From contig CM000208.1 in NCBI GenBank assembly GCA_000002445.1, forward strand, positions 1,024,001-1,088,000: DNA of 64,000 nt. Reading direction: 5' to 3'. Of the stretch, positions 34,549 through 45,893 are shown one piece after another. Position numbers and translations under genes: made by a program. Source of the stretch: Trypanosoma brucei. Its lineage: Eukaryota. The notes beneath the pieces are model-generated. The model was not told where the DNA came from. It did not search any database and saw only the letters and a list, made by a program, of their open reading frames with translations. How positions within the stretch are numbered: position 1 is the first letter of the stretch; each line of letters opens with the position of its first letter.

Positions 34549-36597
34549 TTATCCAGCAAATGCAGCCGGTGCCGCCGAGCTGCTTACAAGACCTTTGGTG
34601 AAGTCCACGGTAAAGTCACCCATCTCAAGTCGAGCTGCGTCCAAGAACACATCAATATGGTACTTCCCCGCTCTTCGCTTCAACACTGGCCCATCCACAC
34701 TAACAGCCACACTACCGTCCGCATTCCTCTTTGATGATTGCTTCACGAAAAGTGGATGGCGCTGGCCAAGCGAGAGATGCACACCGAACTGGCGCTCGAA
34801 GGCCGTCACATCACTCACCACACGATCTCTCCCAAGGTAGGGGCTAAGGCCGATACCCAACTCACGCACATAACAACTTCCCTCCGTCTGACGCACAAGT
34901 TCAATAAGTTCAACCAACTCGTCAGGGGCATCGGGAGAAATATCGGTGACGACACCTTTCACAATCGTCAGTGTCGCGGGTTTCGGTTGAGCCATCGTCA
35001 CTGCCTTGGATAAACTAGGGTATGCAAAGACATCGCAGGTACCGTTTAGTTTACTAAGGTCAAACGATTCACTTATAACCTCACCAACAGGAAACGTCCC
35101 ACCAATGCTACTGCCAACACACGCACCTGCGACGTTACTTCCATCAGTGCCACTAGCGCGAACAACATCCTCCTCACATGAATGAGAGAGACCACACTTT
35201 GTCGAGTCTTTCGCGCCCTTCAACTTTAGCATTGCCAAATACTCCTTTTTCTTTAAGCGTCCATGTCTCCCAGTATCACCCACGCCATCCATTGGAAGCA
35301 GGGTAGCAGCAGCGGCTTCCTCCGCCCCCGCGGTGGCCGCATTCTCCCCTTGGTTTGAAGGTTCTGCATGGTGCACAGCAAAGCGTAGACGATGATTTTG
35401 TACCATGTTACGCTCCGACGCGTGAGCGGCAGCATAATAACCGGTATTTAGCAAGCAATCCTCCATCCCCCCATCGTAGGTGAGTACCTGGCCAGTACAA
35501 CAAATAATGCGAAGTGGGGCTCCGGGGCCAGTGATGAAACTTGTTTCCGGGACAACGGATCCGTCAGTACCGCCGTCTCCTTCACCATCGAGTGCTCTCC
35601 CCTTCCACGTGAGTACACCTGAACTGTACAAAGACCAAAGACCTTCATTCGACAACGCCGACTGAAATGATGCTGGTGGCACCACCTGCAGTGGCCGGCA
35701 GTCATTCCCTTCCCCATTCTCTTCCTTCCTGCTAATCTTCCGGGACCAGCTCCAGACGTCAATGGAATCAGCTATGGCCCGACCAATAGCCTCAGCCACA
35801 TCCGGTTTGAAGGAACATGACCGCATGTAATGCACAAGTTCGTCGTTATCCAAGCAACAATTTGTGTCATCCGAGATGCTATCGCCGTCGCACTTGCTGG
35901 CTAAGACATCATCTGCCGAGGCACTCATTATCTCCAAGTGATTATGCTCAGCCACACGTAGGCCCATGTTGAAAAGATCAAGCCGCAGACGGTATTTATC
36001 CAGTTCATTTTGGAAGGCGTTGCGCTGAATAAGAATACAACCAAGTAACTCACGATCCGATCCGTTGCACAACCTCTCAAAGAGTGGATCCTCCCACTCC
36101 ATTTCGCCCCGCTCCTCAGGTGTCAACAACCATGACAGAGAGTCAAACATTTGCCTCATCTTCTCCCGCGCCTTCACACTGCCGTCAGCATCACCAGTCA
36201 CACTTTCAGAAGAAGCTTTATCAGATGGGTGACCACACAGTCTAAGAAAAGCCTGCAAGGTTCGCACATCATCCAAAAAACGGTCAGCTTTGAAAGGTAA
36301 CACGCCATACGTAACCCTCCAGTTGCTTTTGAACCCCTTAGAAAAGCACGGAGTTTTAGCTGAAGAATGGAGACCGACGCGAAGTGGCCCAACAACATTC
36401 GGTGCCTCAGGCGCCTCTCCGTTGAAGCGATTCAGTTCCTGAATGTACCCCTCCAGTAGAACTTTCTGTAGAGTACATGGAGTGTGGTCCACTACAAGTA
36501 GCACATGTGGGGTAGCACCCTGAAATGCGTCTATGCGGAGACTCTGCCACAGAATTGTATTAGCACAGCTTCGTGCCGCCTGAAGTGCTGATGACAT
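34549..36597 (-). CDS. Hypothetical conserved protein (682 aa)
   Basis: Uninterrupted ORF from ATG (rc of 36595-36597, MSSALQAARS...). No motif I can name with confidence. Confidence 0.5.
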   Translation of the reverse strand: MSSALQAARSCANTILWQSLRIDAFQGATPHVLLVVDHTPCTLQKVLLEGYIQELNRFNGEAPEAPNVVGPLRVGLHSSAKTPCFSKGFKSNWRVTYGVLPFKADRFLDDVRTLQAFLRLCGHPSDKASSESVTGDADGSVKAREKMRQMFDSLSWLLTPEERGEMEWEDPLFERLCNGSDRELLGCILIQRNAFQNELDKYRLRLDLFNMGLRVAEHNHLEIMSASADDVLASKCDGDSISDDTNCCLDNDELVHYMRSCSFKPDVAEAIGRAIADSIDVWSWSRKISRKEENGEGNDCRPLQVVPPASFQSALSNEGLWSLYSSGVLTWKGRALDGEGDGGTDGSVVPETSFITGPGAPLRIICCTGQVLTYDGGMEDCLLNTGYYAAAHASERNMVQNHRLRFAVHHAEPSNQGENAATAGAEEAAAATLLPMDGVGDTGRHGRLKKKEYLAMLKLKGAKDSTKCGLSHSCEEDVVRASGTDGSNVAGACVGSSIGGTFPVGEVISESFDLSKLNGTCDVFAYPSLSKAVTMAQPKPATLTIVKGVVTDISPDAPDELVELIELVRQTEGSCYVRELGIGLSPYLGRDRVVSDVTAFERQFGVHLSLGQRHPLFVKQSSKRNADGSVAVSVDGPVLKRRAGKYHIDVFLDAARLEMGDFTVDFTKGLVSSSAAPAAFAG

Positions 36598-36913
36598 GTG
36601 ACTTTACCTCACCTTTTTCACCCTTCACCAAACTTATCAATTAAAAATGTGTTCTCCCCACCTCACTTAATGCTAAATACTTCAGTGTATTAGAAAGGAA
36701 CAGCAGTGAGAATATCGATCGCGTCGTCGAGAGCAACCGTCTAAATCAGTTAACTAACAGTAACATGCATAGGCGAGAGGTAAGTTGATTGGGTGACGTT
36801 AGCGTAAACACCGCAGCAGTTGTACAACACCCCGGTGCGTAATCCCCAAACCCCCATACAACAGCGTATGCATGCGGGGGGAGGGGAACCAAGAAAAAAA
36901 AAACACAACTTCC

Positions 36914-37603
36914 TCACCATAGACGCCACCATATCGGATAATGACTGGATAAGTCGTATGGGAGTCCATGAGACTTCTGTAACTGTTGTGCACGCCTATA
37001 GAAGTGGCGGTGTGCCACATGACTTCGCTCCTCGTAAATGGTGTGACCAACACCCGCCCCAGCGGCACACCGGGCTAAAACAACGATATTTGCCGAGGCC
37101 GGGACCGGTACCTGATAAACGTTCTGAGAACCAAAGACCCGTTGGCACATCTGCACAAAGTCGGGATCGGATTTGGGAAGGTTAAACGCTGCAACGCCGA
37201 TCGAGGAGAGTGCCTCGCGGCACAACTGAAGAAAAATAAGGGACGACATGAAGGCGGGTGGATCGCTCCCGACAAAAAGATCCACAAAAAGCACGTCGTA
37301 ACACGTCGCCGGTTGTACTTGGTATCGGGACAGCGGCTTATGCTGGTTTCCGTTAGTGGGATAATCACCACCTTTGAAACTCACAGAAGTTCCAGAATGC
37401 GTGCGGCTAGAAACCAATTCATCAAAGGTACTATTACTCTCCCCAGTGCCAGTTGAAGATCCAACAACATCCTGAAGGAAGGCGGCACCGTCCTGAACAT
37501 GACAGGTGACACTCCCGCCTTGCATTTTCCTTCCCCATCCCATGTCTTCAACTGCAGCCCGAAAGCACTGTTGCTCAGCATCAACTAAGTCGCATAATGT
37601 CAT
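36914..37603 (-). CDS. C-terminal half of the same SAM-MTase/PABS-like protein (separate ORF in the -1 frame, ATGA overlap)
   Basis: Begins MTLCDLVDAEQQCFRAAVEDMGW. The acidic LVDAE sits ~20 aa after the upstream GxGxG, where the motif-II acidic residue of Rossmann MTases/spermidine synthases is expected. Later, YDVLFVDLF resembles the post-II strand. This frame is open for 33 codons upstream of its ATG. Confidence 0.45.
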   Translation of the reverse strand: MTLCDLVDAEQQCFRAAVEDMGWGRKMQGGSVTCHVQDGAAFLQDVVGSSTGTGESNSTFDELVSSRTHSGTSVSFKGGDYPTNGNQHKPLSRYQVQPATCYDVLFVDLFVGSDPPAFMSSLIFLQLCREALSSIGVAAFNLPKSDPDFVQMCQRVFGSQNVYQVPVPASANIVVLARCAAGAGVGHTIYEERSHVAHRHFYRRAQQLQKSHGLPYDLSSHYPIWWRLW

Positions 37604-38463
37604 GTGAGAAATGCTGCTGCGATGAAAGAAGGAGAGAACCCTCCACCAACACCGAGGACAGCGACCCGCAGCCGAGGTAGCGGAGAGGGAAGTAGCAGCA
37701 GAGCACTAAGCATGATGCGCAGATATGGCGCACCTAAATAACTGGCGTCAGCGAGGCAGTTCATTGAGGCCGGTGCCAAGGGGTCGCAGCGAACAAGCGA
37801 TTGTTGCGTGACTCGGTTGCTCCAGCGTCGCAACAAAGCGTCACTGTCATTTCGTACCTCATTATGTGACGTCTCAATAGTCATGGAGGTATATTTAACT
37901 GTACCCGGGGGCCAAGAGGAGGAAGCGATGAACATTGAAGAGCCCACACGATTACCGACGGTATCTTCAACAGCGTCATCATCATCACCGTTGAAGCCCT
38001 TGACGCTACGGGTGGAGACGTCACCGCGAGGTGCGTGTGCATCACCCACAACTTCCCTCACAAGATACAACTCGTTGACCTCTGATACTGAATCACTGTG
38101 GCCAGCAGTGGTGTATGTTTCATTTGAAAAACATGCAAACAGCTTTTTCATGACCCCTCCTCTATCACTGCGTCCACAATTTCCATTTTCGGCATCACTA
38201 CCGCGTGGCAGCAATGATTGTTCCCCTCGCCCCTTTTCCCGGACATAATGATTTGTTACAACAACATCATAACCCAAGAAGGTTTTGCAGGGGTACCGCG
38301 CATGCTCCTCCGAGTGCACAACATCCGCCTCATTAAAGAGTGGAATTTCTCTCTGCCGCAGCAGCGCAATTTCCCGGAAAATACCGATAGCAAATGTACC
38401 ACCAACGCTCGCTGCAATAAACCCCCATGCACGAGCTCCCAGTGGTTTAAAAAAATAGGGCAT
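37600..38463 (-). CDS. N-terminal half of a SAM-methyltransferase/spermidine-synthase-like (PABS-fold) protein; ends 17 aa after a GxGxG motif
   Basis: ATG at rc of 38461-38463. The C-terminal end ...LRVAVLGVGGGFSPSFIAAAFLT* places a Rossmann motif I (VLGVGGG) just before the stop. Stop TGA at 37602-37600 overlaps the next ORF's ATG. Confidence 0.45.
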   Translation of the reverse strand: MPYFFKPLGARAWGFIAASVGGTFAIGIFREIALLRQREIPLFNEADVVHSEEHARYPCKTFLGYDVVVTNHYVREKGRGEQSLLPRGSDAENGNCGRSDRGGVMKKLFACFSNETYTTAGHSDSVSEVNELYLVREVVGDAHAPRGDVSTRSVKGFNGDDDDAVEDTVGNRVGSSMFIASSSWPPGTVKYTSMTIETSHNEVRNDSDALLRRWSNRVTQQSLVRCDPLAPASMNCLADASYLGAPYLRIMLSALLLLPSPLPRLRVAVLGVGGGFSPSFIAAAFLT

Positions 38464-38895
38464 ATTGCCCTCCGGGAGATGTCGCCTAACTTTTCAAAAG
38501 AAAAAAATAGAGGAGCGGAAGTAAATATATGACGGCGCATGTGCAGAGGAAGTTGTACGTAATTCAACTGATGCGGATAACACAAGAGAAAAACATAGGT
38601 TAGTAACACCAACAGAAGCTTACAAACAACACGGCGATAGATGAAGAAGAGATGGAAGAAGGGAAGAAGGGAAGGAGGAAAAACAAAAACAAAAACGCCG
38701 CCGCACCGGCGTCAACAAAACCTAAATAAACAAGGGGGAAAACGTTTTAGCACCGACTGCACCAAATCCAAAACACATCAGTCGCCTTGTCCACTTCCAA
38801 CAAGGCCTTCCACCGAGTAAATCAATTTACGTTCCTTAGACTGAAATGCATGGTTTCTCTTCTCACTACTTTTGGTCACTGTTGCATTTAACCAA

Positions 38896-39942
38896 TTACA
38901 TGACTTTTTTACCCCTCTCTGATTCCTTTGTCGACGTTTCGTTCGGCTTCTCGTCATCCTTACGGACTCGCCACACGATGTTGTAATGCAGTTTTGAGAG
39001 CACCGCCATGGCTAAACGTAGCCAACCGTTAAGAAGAACTTGCAGAAGAAGCTCCAGCACATCAGTGGCCGGTTCCACACCCGCAACCATCCAACAAAGC
39101 AATTGCTTGTCAACACCCAAGCTTACGTCAAAACGATAGTGTTTGATGCTGTCGACAATTTGTTTTGCCATATCCAATGCGGTAACAGGTTCATCGCCAC
39201 CGAAGGAAGAAAGCGCAGTGCATTCCGGACTTTTTCGAATATTCTCCTGCTCGAAGCCGGGCGTGTAGACATCAGGTGGACTAATCACCTGGAACCGGAC
39301 GCCACGGCAGCTGTTTTCCATATCCATGCTGTGGGCAAAGGCCCGAATAGCAGCCTTTGATGCGGCATAAACGGAATACCCGGCAAGTGGGCAGCGGGCC
39401 GCAAGGCTGCTCACAAATACAACGCGTCCGGCACGTTGCTCAAGCATGGAGGGCAGAACCATGCGCAAAACATTTACACAACCGAAAAAATTGACATCCA
39501 TCATCCTTCGTGCCTCTGCAGGAGTAATGTCCACAAACCGAGCGGGAATAGAGAAACCTGCATTGCATACGAGAAGATCAAGACATTTCCCCCCAGCAGC
39601 AGTAACATCCTTCGACACTTTATCCATCGCTTGCTCCACTGAAACCTCATCGGCGACGTCCATAACGACGTATTCCACTTTCGTACCGGTTACTTTGGCC
39701 TCTACTCGAAGTGCCTCAACACCGGCCCTCAGCGACTGTTCATTTCTCGCGGCAATTATTACAACTCGTGCGCCCAGTTTGACGAGTTGCTTCGCCGTTT
39801 CCAAACCGATGCCCAAACTCCCACCAGTTACCAACGCACAGCAACCCTTTATGTGGAAGAAAGGCACTCGATGTACACTCCACCAGGCAGCAGCAAACAC
39901 CAGCGCAATCAGCAGCGCACACACAAGAAATATAACTCCCAT
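38896..39942 (-). CDS. KDSR: 3-ketodihydrosphingosine (3-dehydrosphinganine) reductase, SDR family
   Basis: N-terminal TM anchor then ALVTGGSLGIG (TGxxxGxG). The SDR fold is present with the YxxxK catalytic pair (YAASKAAIR). Close resemblance to KDSR/FVT1 over GRVVFVSSLAA, YSVYAASKAAIRAFAHSMDMEN, VISPPDVYTPGFEQEN, and to its C-terminal membrane-segment region. ATG at rc of 39940-39942. Confidence 0.8.
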   Translation of the reverse strand: MGVIFLVCALLIALVFAAAWWSVHRVPFFHIKGCCALVTGGSLGIGLETAKQLVKLGARVVIIAARNEQSLRAGVEALRVEAKVTGTKVEYVVMDVADEVSVEQAMDKVSKDVTAAGGKCLDLLVCNAGFSIPARFVDITPAEARRMMDVNFFGCVNVLRMVLPSMLEQRAGRVVFVSSLAARCPLAGYSVYAASKAAIRAFAHSMDMENSCRGVRFQVISPPDVYTPGFEQENIRKSPECTALSSFGGDEPVTALDMAKQIVDSIKHYRFDVSLGVDKQLLCWMVAGVEPATDVLELLLQVLLNGWLRLAMAVLSKLHYNIVWRVRKDDEKPNETSTKESERGKKVM

Positions 39943-42900
39943 GGCAGCGACTCAAATAGGCGATGATGCTGGAAGTGGGAAGTACTAGGAAAAAAGGAAA
40001 ATAAAATAAAATAAACTTGGAACAGATAATAAATGCAAGCCTCCTAATAACCTAAATGGAATGCGCAATAGTTTCTTCGTTGGGTTTTAACCCGGCTCCT
40101 AATCTATGGGTATACAAAGGAAGCATGGTAGAAGGCAAACGGTGCAGGGCACACTCGACAAGAGAAATATATATATTTCTTTAAAAAAAAGAAAAGAGGA
40201 GGTGCGTACGTCTCTCTGATCAGAAAATAAAGTCAAAGTCGTGAGAAGATGTGAAAGATGAGTGGGTAAACACCTCCATCACATTCGCTTCGATGAGGAA
40301 TAAACAAGGAAGCAGTAAGGGGTGCAAAAGAGGGAGCAAAAACTAAAAGGGAGAAAGTGATGAAAGAAATGATGGAAGTTGTCCAGAAACACTGGCTGAG
40401 CTACAAAACAGTGGTTTCCAGATGATTAAATCCGGCTCGTATTTATTTATTTTTTTTCCTTGGTTCCGTTTCGTTTCGTTTGGTTTTGTTCCCTTTTCTC
40501 TTTTCTTTCTCTTTTCTTTTCTTTTCTTCAATTTCCCTCCTTTACTCTCTCCCCCCCCCATACTCCTTCAACTCAGTTATTTCCTCTCTACCATTCTCTT
40601 CACTTACGTGCTAATGCCGAACTAAATACAGGCATACACTGAGAGAAGAAAAGGAACGGAGTAATGAAGGGGCCGTGAAAGAAAGGAAGAAATAAAAGAA
40701 AAATAAAAGAAAGAAAGAACAAAAACTTTGCCTTCGCTCCGAGTAAAACAAAAACGTAATGGCAAAAGTTATCGAACAAAAAAAAAAACTCCCCTACACT
40801 CCTCTACAGCAGTGGTGAATAAGATACGCACCACACAAACACACAAAAAAAAACCATATATACTCATTTGTGCGAATCGTTACATCATGCAAACACTTCC
40901 TCATTGTATTTTGTACTTGTGCATTTGCTGTTATTGTCTCTTGTTTTTTCCTCTCGTTTTTCTGCTTTTCTTTTTCTTTTCCTTTTGTTTTGTTTTGTTC
41001 CTTTTCTTTTTTTTTTATTTTCTCAACCTGTCACCTTTCTACCAGTCTGCAGTCATCGATGATGTTAACAATTTCTGTCTCCCCATTGCGTTGGTCATCT
41101 CCCACGCACAAGTAACATCACCAACACATTTTTTCAGATGTGTACACCATTGAGTTTCACGACAAATTTGAAAAAAAAAATTGGAAAGAAGTCAAACATA
41201 AATAAGGTCAGAACTTTTTTTAAAAAAAAAAGCTAAAAAGAATAAAAAGAAAAGTATGAAGGAAGCCACAATACATACAACCTCGCACAAAACACGCACG
41301 AAGAAGGGAAAAGAAATAATCAAAAAAAAAAGAAGGGCGCAGGCAAAAACAAACGTTGTCAAACCTCCAGAGGCAGGTAGGAAAATATACGGTGGTAGCC
41401 GAATTAACGAAACCAGTAAAACAATACTGGTCCTCAATTTTAAAAAAAAATTATAATGATAATGATAAAAACAGTAGATATAACATCAAAACCAAGAGAA
41501 AGGAAGAAAAAAAAAAGAAGAATAAACATGTAAAACTCTCATTACACAAAATACGGCGGGTCCCAAGAGTTCCTGCCCTAATAGCCTGCTTAATTGTAAC
41601 ACCACATTCATTCCTCTCATTTGTGTACGTGCATCTGCTTTCACTTAAGTCAGGCAATCGCTTCTCTGCCAGTGTGAAGATGATAATTAATAATAATAAA
41701 TAATAATAACTGGAATCAGTATTAGCACTATTGGTAATAGAATATGCGTGACATCATATTCCTATTTCACGCTAGCGCCCCAATATCTCATACTACTTTA
41801 TATAGTTGCCGCTACTAGTCACTACTAATTATTATCATTATTATTGTAGCACTTCACTCTTATACTGACTCTTTCCTCCTTTTTCCCGCTCTCTTTCTTC
41901 AATACGTCCCTCTAGCTTCTCCTCTTCTTTTTGGGTTTTCATTCATTTTTTTTATTTTTTCGTTTTGATGGGGATGATTTTAAACCTTTAAAACATACAC
42001 ACACACACACCACAAACTACTTGTTCGTCACCAACCATTTATATTTTTTTTTTCCAACCATTGGACAAATCACTATGCGCTGCTGCCATTATGCTAATAA
42101 ATGCTTTACCTTTTACTCATTGCTCAGTTTGTTCGCTTGTTTCTTTGTTTGTACTCATTTTACTTTTGTTGTTGTTATTTTATTTTCATTTTTTTTTTCC
42201 TCCACTCGAGGTCTACCTTCACTTTTCACCCTTTTTGTTAATCCCTAAACACAAATAAAAGGCAAGGAGAGCAGAAATCAACACCAAATATTTTCTTTTC
42301 AAAAAAAAAACAAAAAAGAAAGACCTCCTTTACTCCTACATAATATTTTCTCTTCACATTCATTTGGATCTCCTTTCATTTTCTCTTCTGTCACCGCACT
42401 TCCTTTTTTTCTTTTCCTTCTTCTAACATTGAATTGTTTCGATCCAGTTTTTTTTTTTTAAATATTTTCATGAGATAATACAACACGATATATCTCTTTT
42501 AATATACGAATATGAAATTGCTCACTTTTTGTGCTTTTCCCCATTCTATGCACTTCATTTTTATTACGCATTCATAAATGCACACACAAAAGTGTCGTAT
42601 TCCGCCCTCAGCGACACATGCGGTTACAACAGCGGCGGTCAAAAGGAAGAAAAAGTAAAAGTAAAGTAAAAAAAAAAAACGAAATCACACAAAAACAAAT
42701 GCCAGCATAAACCCCCGCAGATATAAATTTATACAAGTTAAGAAAAAAAAAAGAATGCAGACGACCTGGAAAGTTTAAAAAAAAAACATTCCTTCAGATG
42801 CGGTTCAGAACACGAGAGGAAAAGGAGAAAGGGAGGAATGAGACACACACAAACAGCAACAAAAGAGAAAATAATAGAGTAAAAGAATAAATTGAAAAGT

Positions 42901-44219
42901 CCTACTGCCGTCCACACAAAGTAATGTGGTGAAAGGATCCCTAAAAGCAAACAAGTGTTTTGTAAAGTCACCCATGGAAAAGTGATACAACAACAAGTGA
43001 AGGTAACAAACCTTCACAGCCCCAACACAACATGGAACTCAGGAACAGTAGAGCAAAAAAAAGAAAAAGAAAAAAGAAAAAAGAAAGAAAATGCCTTAAA
43101 GCGTCGGAACAAACAAACTAAAGTGTGGTATCACCTCACCGTTCAAGTTGTTGCTGTGGCCGTACGCTCCCAACATGTCTTTCCTTTCCCCTTCTCTCTA
43201 ATGTGATCCATCTATCCCCATTCTCCGTTCCACACACACACAAGAAAAAAAAGAAAAAAACGCCACCAAAAAAAAGCCTCCCACCCCTTCCCCCCCCCCC
43301 GCCTCCGGGAACTTCATCGCTAAATAATAAAATACCGCTGCGGACTCTACTGACAAAGTGGGGAACCGGCTGCTTAAGAACTGCACCATTTCTTGACCAT
43401 TTTTTTTTTCCTTTGAACTCTGTTGTTTTGTTTCCATCTCCTGGGATTGTCGAAAAAACGGGAGCGAATACATGGCATATGAAATATTGAAGCGAATATA
43501 TTTATATATTTTATATATGGCAAGAGCATTGAGGTAATGTAAGAAGGTGATTAATTAGAAGGAAAAAGAAAACAAAGAAACAAACACACGTGTACGAAGC
43601 ACCACAGTCGCGCCTTCCTATAGCCCCAGATCCCAGTCCCCACCCAATTCACACAGTTCCTTCTTATCGTACTCTACATTAAATGAAATAAATAAACAAA
43701 TAAAACGAACCGCATACATCCCTTTGTCCTTTTTGAGGCCGTTTATTTAAATCCATACCCCCGAGTACCTCCAAAACAGGGTGTCCTCATATCCCCCTCA
43801 CAGCAAGCGAACATATATAAAGATAGATGAAGGTAAATACATTATTGATATAGCGCTTACGTAACTCGGGACGGCACTTTTGTCCAAATGCACCTCCCTC
43901 TCGTATGGTGTCGGAGATGGAAAGTGTTTGAGAAGGAGAGAAGAAAAAAAAAAGAAAAAAAAGATCCCGCATTACATTTAAGGATTTTAATGTGCTACTA
44001 CCACCGCGTTCACCAGGGAGAGGAAGGGAAAACGGTGTAAAATCGTACAACAAGGGGAGGAATACACAAAAACGGTACAAATCAAACAAATGGGAGACGG
44101 AAGGGAGTGGGAAGTCTAAGGGGATAAATTATATATATATATATATACCCTCGCAACCACGCCATAACTAATACGGAAAGAAAAAAGGAGGAAGAGCGCA
44201 ACGCATGCTGCTATTATTA

Positions 44220-45893
44220 TTACTCCTCGCCCTGCGGGGGCACGGTGCTGGGCAAAAACTGTATGTTGGTTTCCTTCTTTATTTGATCCATAACGTCCAA
44301 CGCGAACTGCAAATCAGCGCGGGTGTGAGCAGCAGAAACACAGAAACGAATGCGGCACCCCAGTAGTGGAGTAGCGGGGTATCCAACAATCACAATAGCA
44401 AGACCACGGCGCATGCATTTCCTCCACACGGCAATTGCTCTCCCAAGATGGTAAAGCATTACGGGAACGACGGGGGAGGCGTCATTACCAAGGACAGAGA
44501 AACCACGATCGATCAAGCCCTGGCGGAAAAATCGTGAATTTTCCATCAGTTGCTGTATGTGCTTGGGTCCAATGTCGGTGCCATCATTACCGTTTAGGAC
44601 GTCAAGCACAGAGAGAGCCTGCTGAGCACAGGGAGGAGAAAGCGTATCGCAGTGAAGCGCTAGAGAGCTGTGAGTTCGGATGTGGTCAATTACGCTCTGG
44701 TCCCCAGCAAGATAACCGCCAATAGCCCCGAAGCTCTTGGTGAAAGTCCCCATGAGAATATCCACGTCACGCGGGTCCACACCGAAGTGCTCCGTTACGC
44801 CACGCCCCGTACGACCAGTTGCACCAATAGAGTGAGCCTCATCGACAAAGAGCAGGGCACCGTACTTTTTCTTAAGTTCAACAACACGAGGAAGATTAAC
44901 AAACTCTCCCTCCATACTATAGACACCCTCAACGACGATGACAATGCGGGTCCATGGCACGTATGCGCCCTTTGGATTCTGCCCGAGCACAACCGCCTCA
45001 CGGAGCACCTTCTCCAGGCTGTTCATGTCAGCATTCTTGAATACCTTGGCGCGGGCACCAGATAACCGTATGCCGTTAACGAGCGAAGAGTGGTTCAAGC
45101 TATCGCTGACCACAAGTGTATCCTCACCAAACAATGCAGGAAGACCACGAAAGTTTGTGCCGAAGCCCATCCCACACACAACAGCGTCCTCCTTCTTTAA
45201 AAAGTCTGCTATGGCACGCTCAAGTTTAGAAACTGGACCATGCTGACCAGCGTGTTGGGCGGCGCTGCATGAAGCAAGACCATAGCGATCTAAGCTGTTA
45301 AGCACCTCACGAGTAATATGGGGTATATCATCCGCAAACCCAAGGTAGTTGTATGACGAAAGGTTAACGCATGGTTTGATATTTCCAGTGAAGGAAAAAG
45401 TTCTATTGGAGTCCGTCGAAACCCGCTCCATCACACCAATCACACGAGACGGACGTGAGTCAATCGCATGGTTGAAGCAGTCACGCGCACGGCGGTAGAA
45501 ATGATTCTGCCAGAAATATTCGAGGAAAGTAAGCAGAGATGCATATCCCTCACGCTGCTTCCTTTTTGCGCCAAATAACTTCCGGCGAAGCTCGGCAATG
45601 CATCCAAAAGTGAATAAAAGTAAAAACGTGAAGTATGTCATTACCACAGAAATAAATGGAATGCTTTTGTGCTCCTCCTCCTGGTGCGTCACCCGCTTCG
45701 GCTGAGTATGCGTCCCCACACTTTCCTTTTGACATATCGTGTCCGTTGCACCATTTGCTGCAAAACTCGCCCGAACCGAACCTTGTTTATTGTACGCCTC
45801 GTCACAAGACTCGGCTTCAGTTACTGCCTTGTTCGCAACAACGGCACCCCGAGGTGCGTCTAAGAAATTCTCCGCCTCCACGTAAGTAGGCAT
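44220..45893 (-). CDS. SPT2: Serine palmitoyltransferase subunit 2 (LCB2), class-II alpha-oxoamine synthase aminotransferase
   Basis: The PLP-lysine motif GTFTKSFGAIGGY is diagnostic of LCB2. Also present: DEAHSIGATGRTGRG, a TM segment (FISVVMTYFTFLLLF) upstream of the catalytic domain, and the NYLGF motif. ATG at rc of 45891-45893. Confidence 0.9.
   Translation of the reverse strand: MPTYVEAENFLDAPRGAVVANKAVTEAESCDEAYNKQGSVRASFAANGATDTICQKESVGTHTQPKRVTHQEEEHKSIPFISVVMTYFTFLLLFTFGCIAELRRKLFGAKRKQREGYASLLTFLEYFWQNHFYRRARDCFNHAIDSRPSRVIGVMERVSTDSNRTFSFTGNIKPCVNLSSYNYLGFADDIPHITREVLNSLDRYGLASCSAAQHAGQHGPVSKLERAIADFLKKEDAVVCGMGFGTNFRGLPALFGEDTLVVSDSLNHSSLVNGIRLSGARAKVFKNADMNSLEKVLREAVVLGQNPKGAYVPWTRIVIVVEGVYSMEGEFVNLPRVVELKKKYGALLFVDEAHSIGATGRTGRGVTEHFGVDPRDVDILMGTFTKSFGAIGGYLAGDQSVIDHIRTHSSLALHCDTLSPPCAQQALSVLDVLNGNDGTDIGPKHIQQLMENSRFFRQGLIDRGFSVLGNDASPVVPVMLYHLGRAIAVWRKCMRRGLAIVIVGYPATPLLGCRIRFCVSAAHTRADLQFALDVMDQIKKETNIQFLPSTVPPQGEE

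Noticed and set aside
37600-37603. ATGA stop/start overlap interpreted as translationally coupled overlapping genes.
   Set aside because: That arrangement is prokaryotic. In a trans-splicing eukaryote each mRNA needs its own splice acceptor and polyA site. Domain continuity across the junction favours a single disrupted gene.
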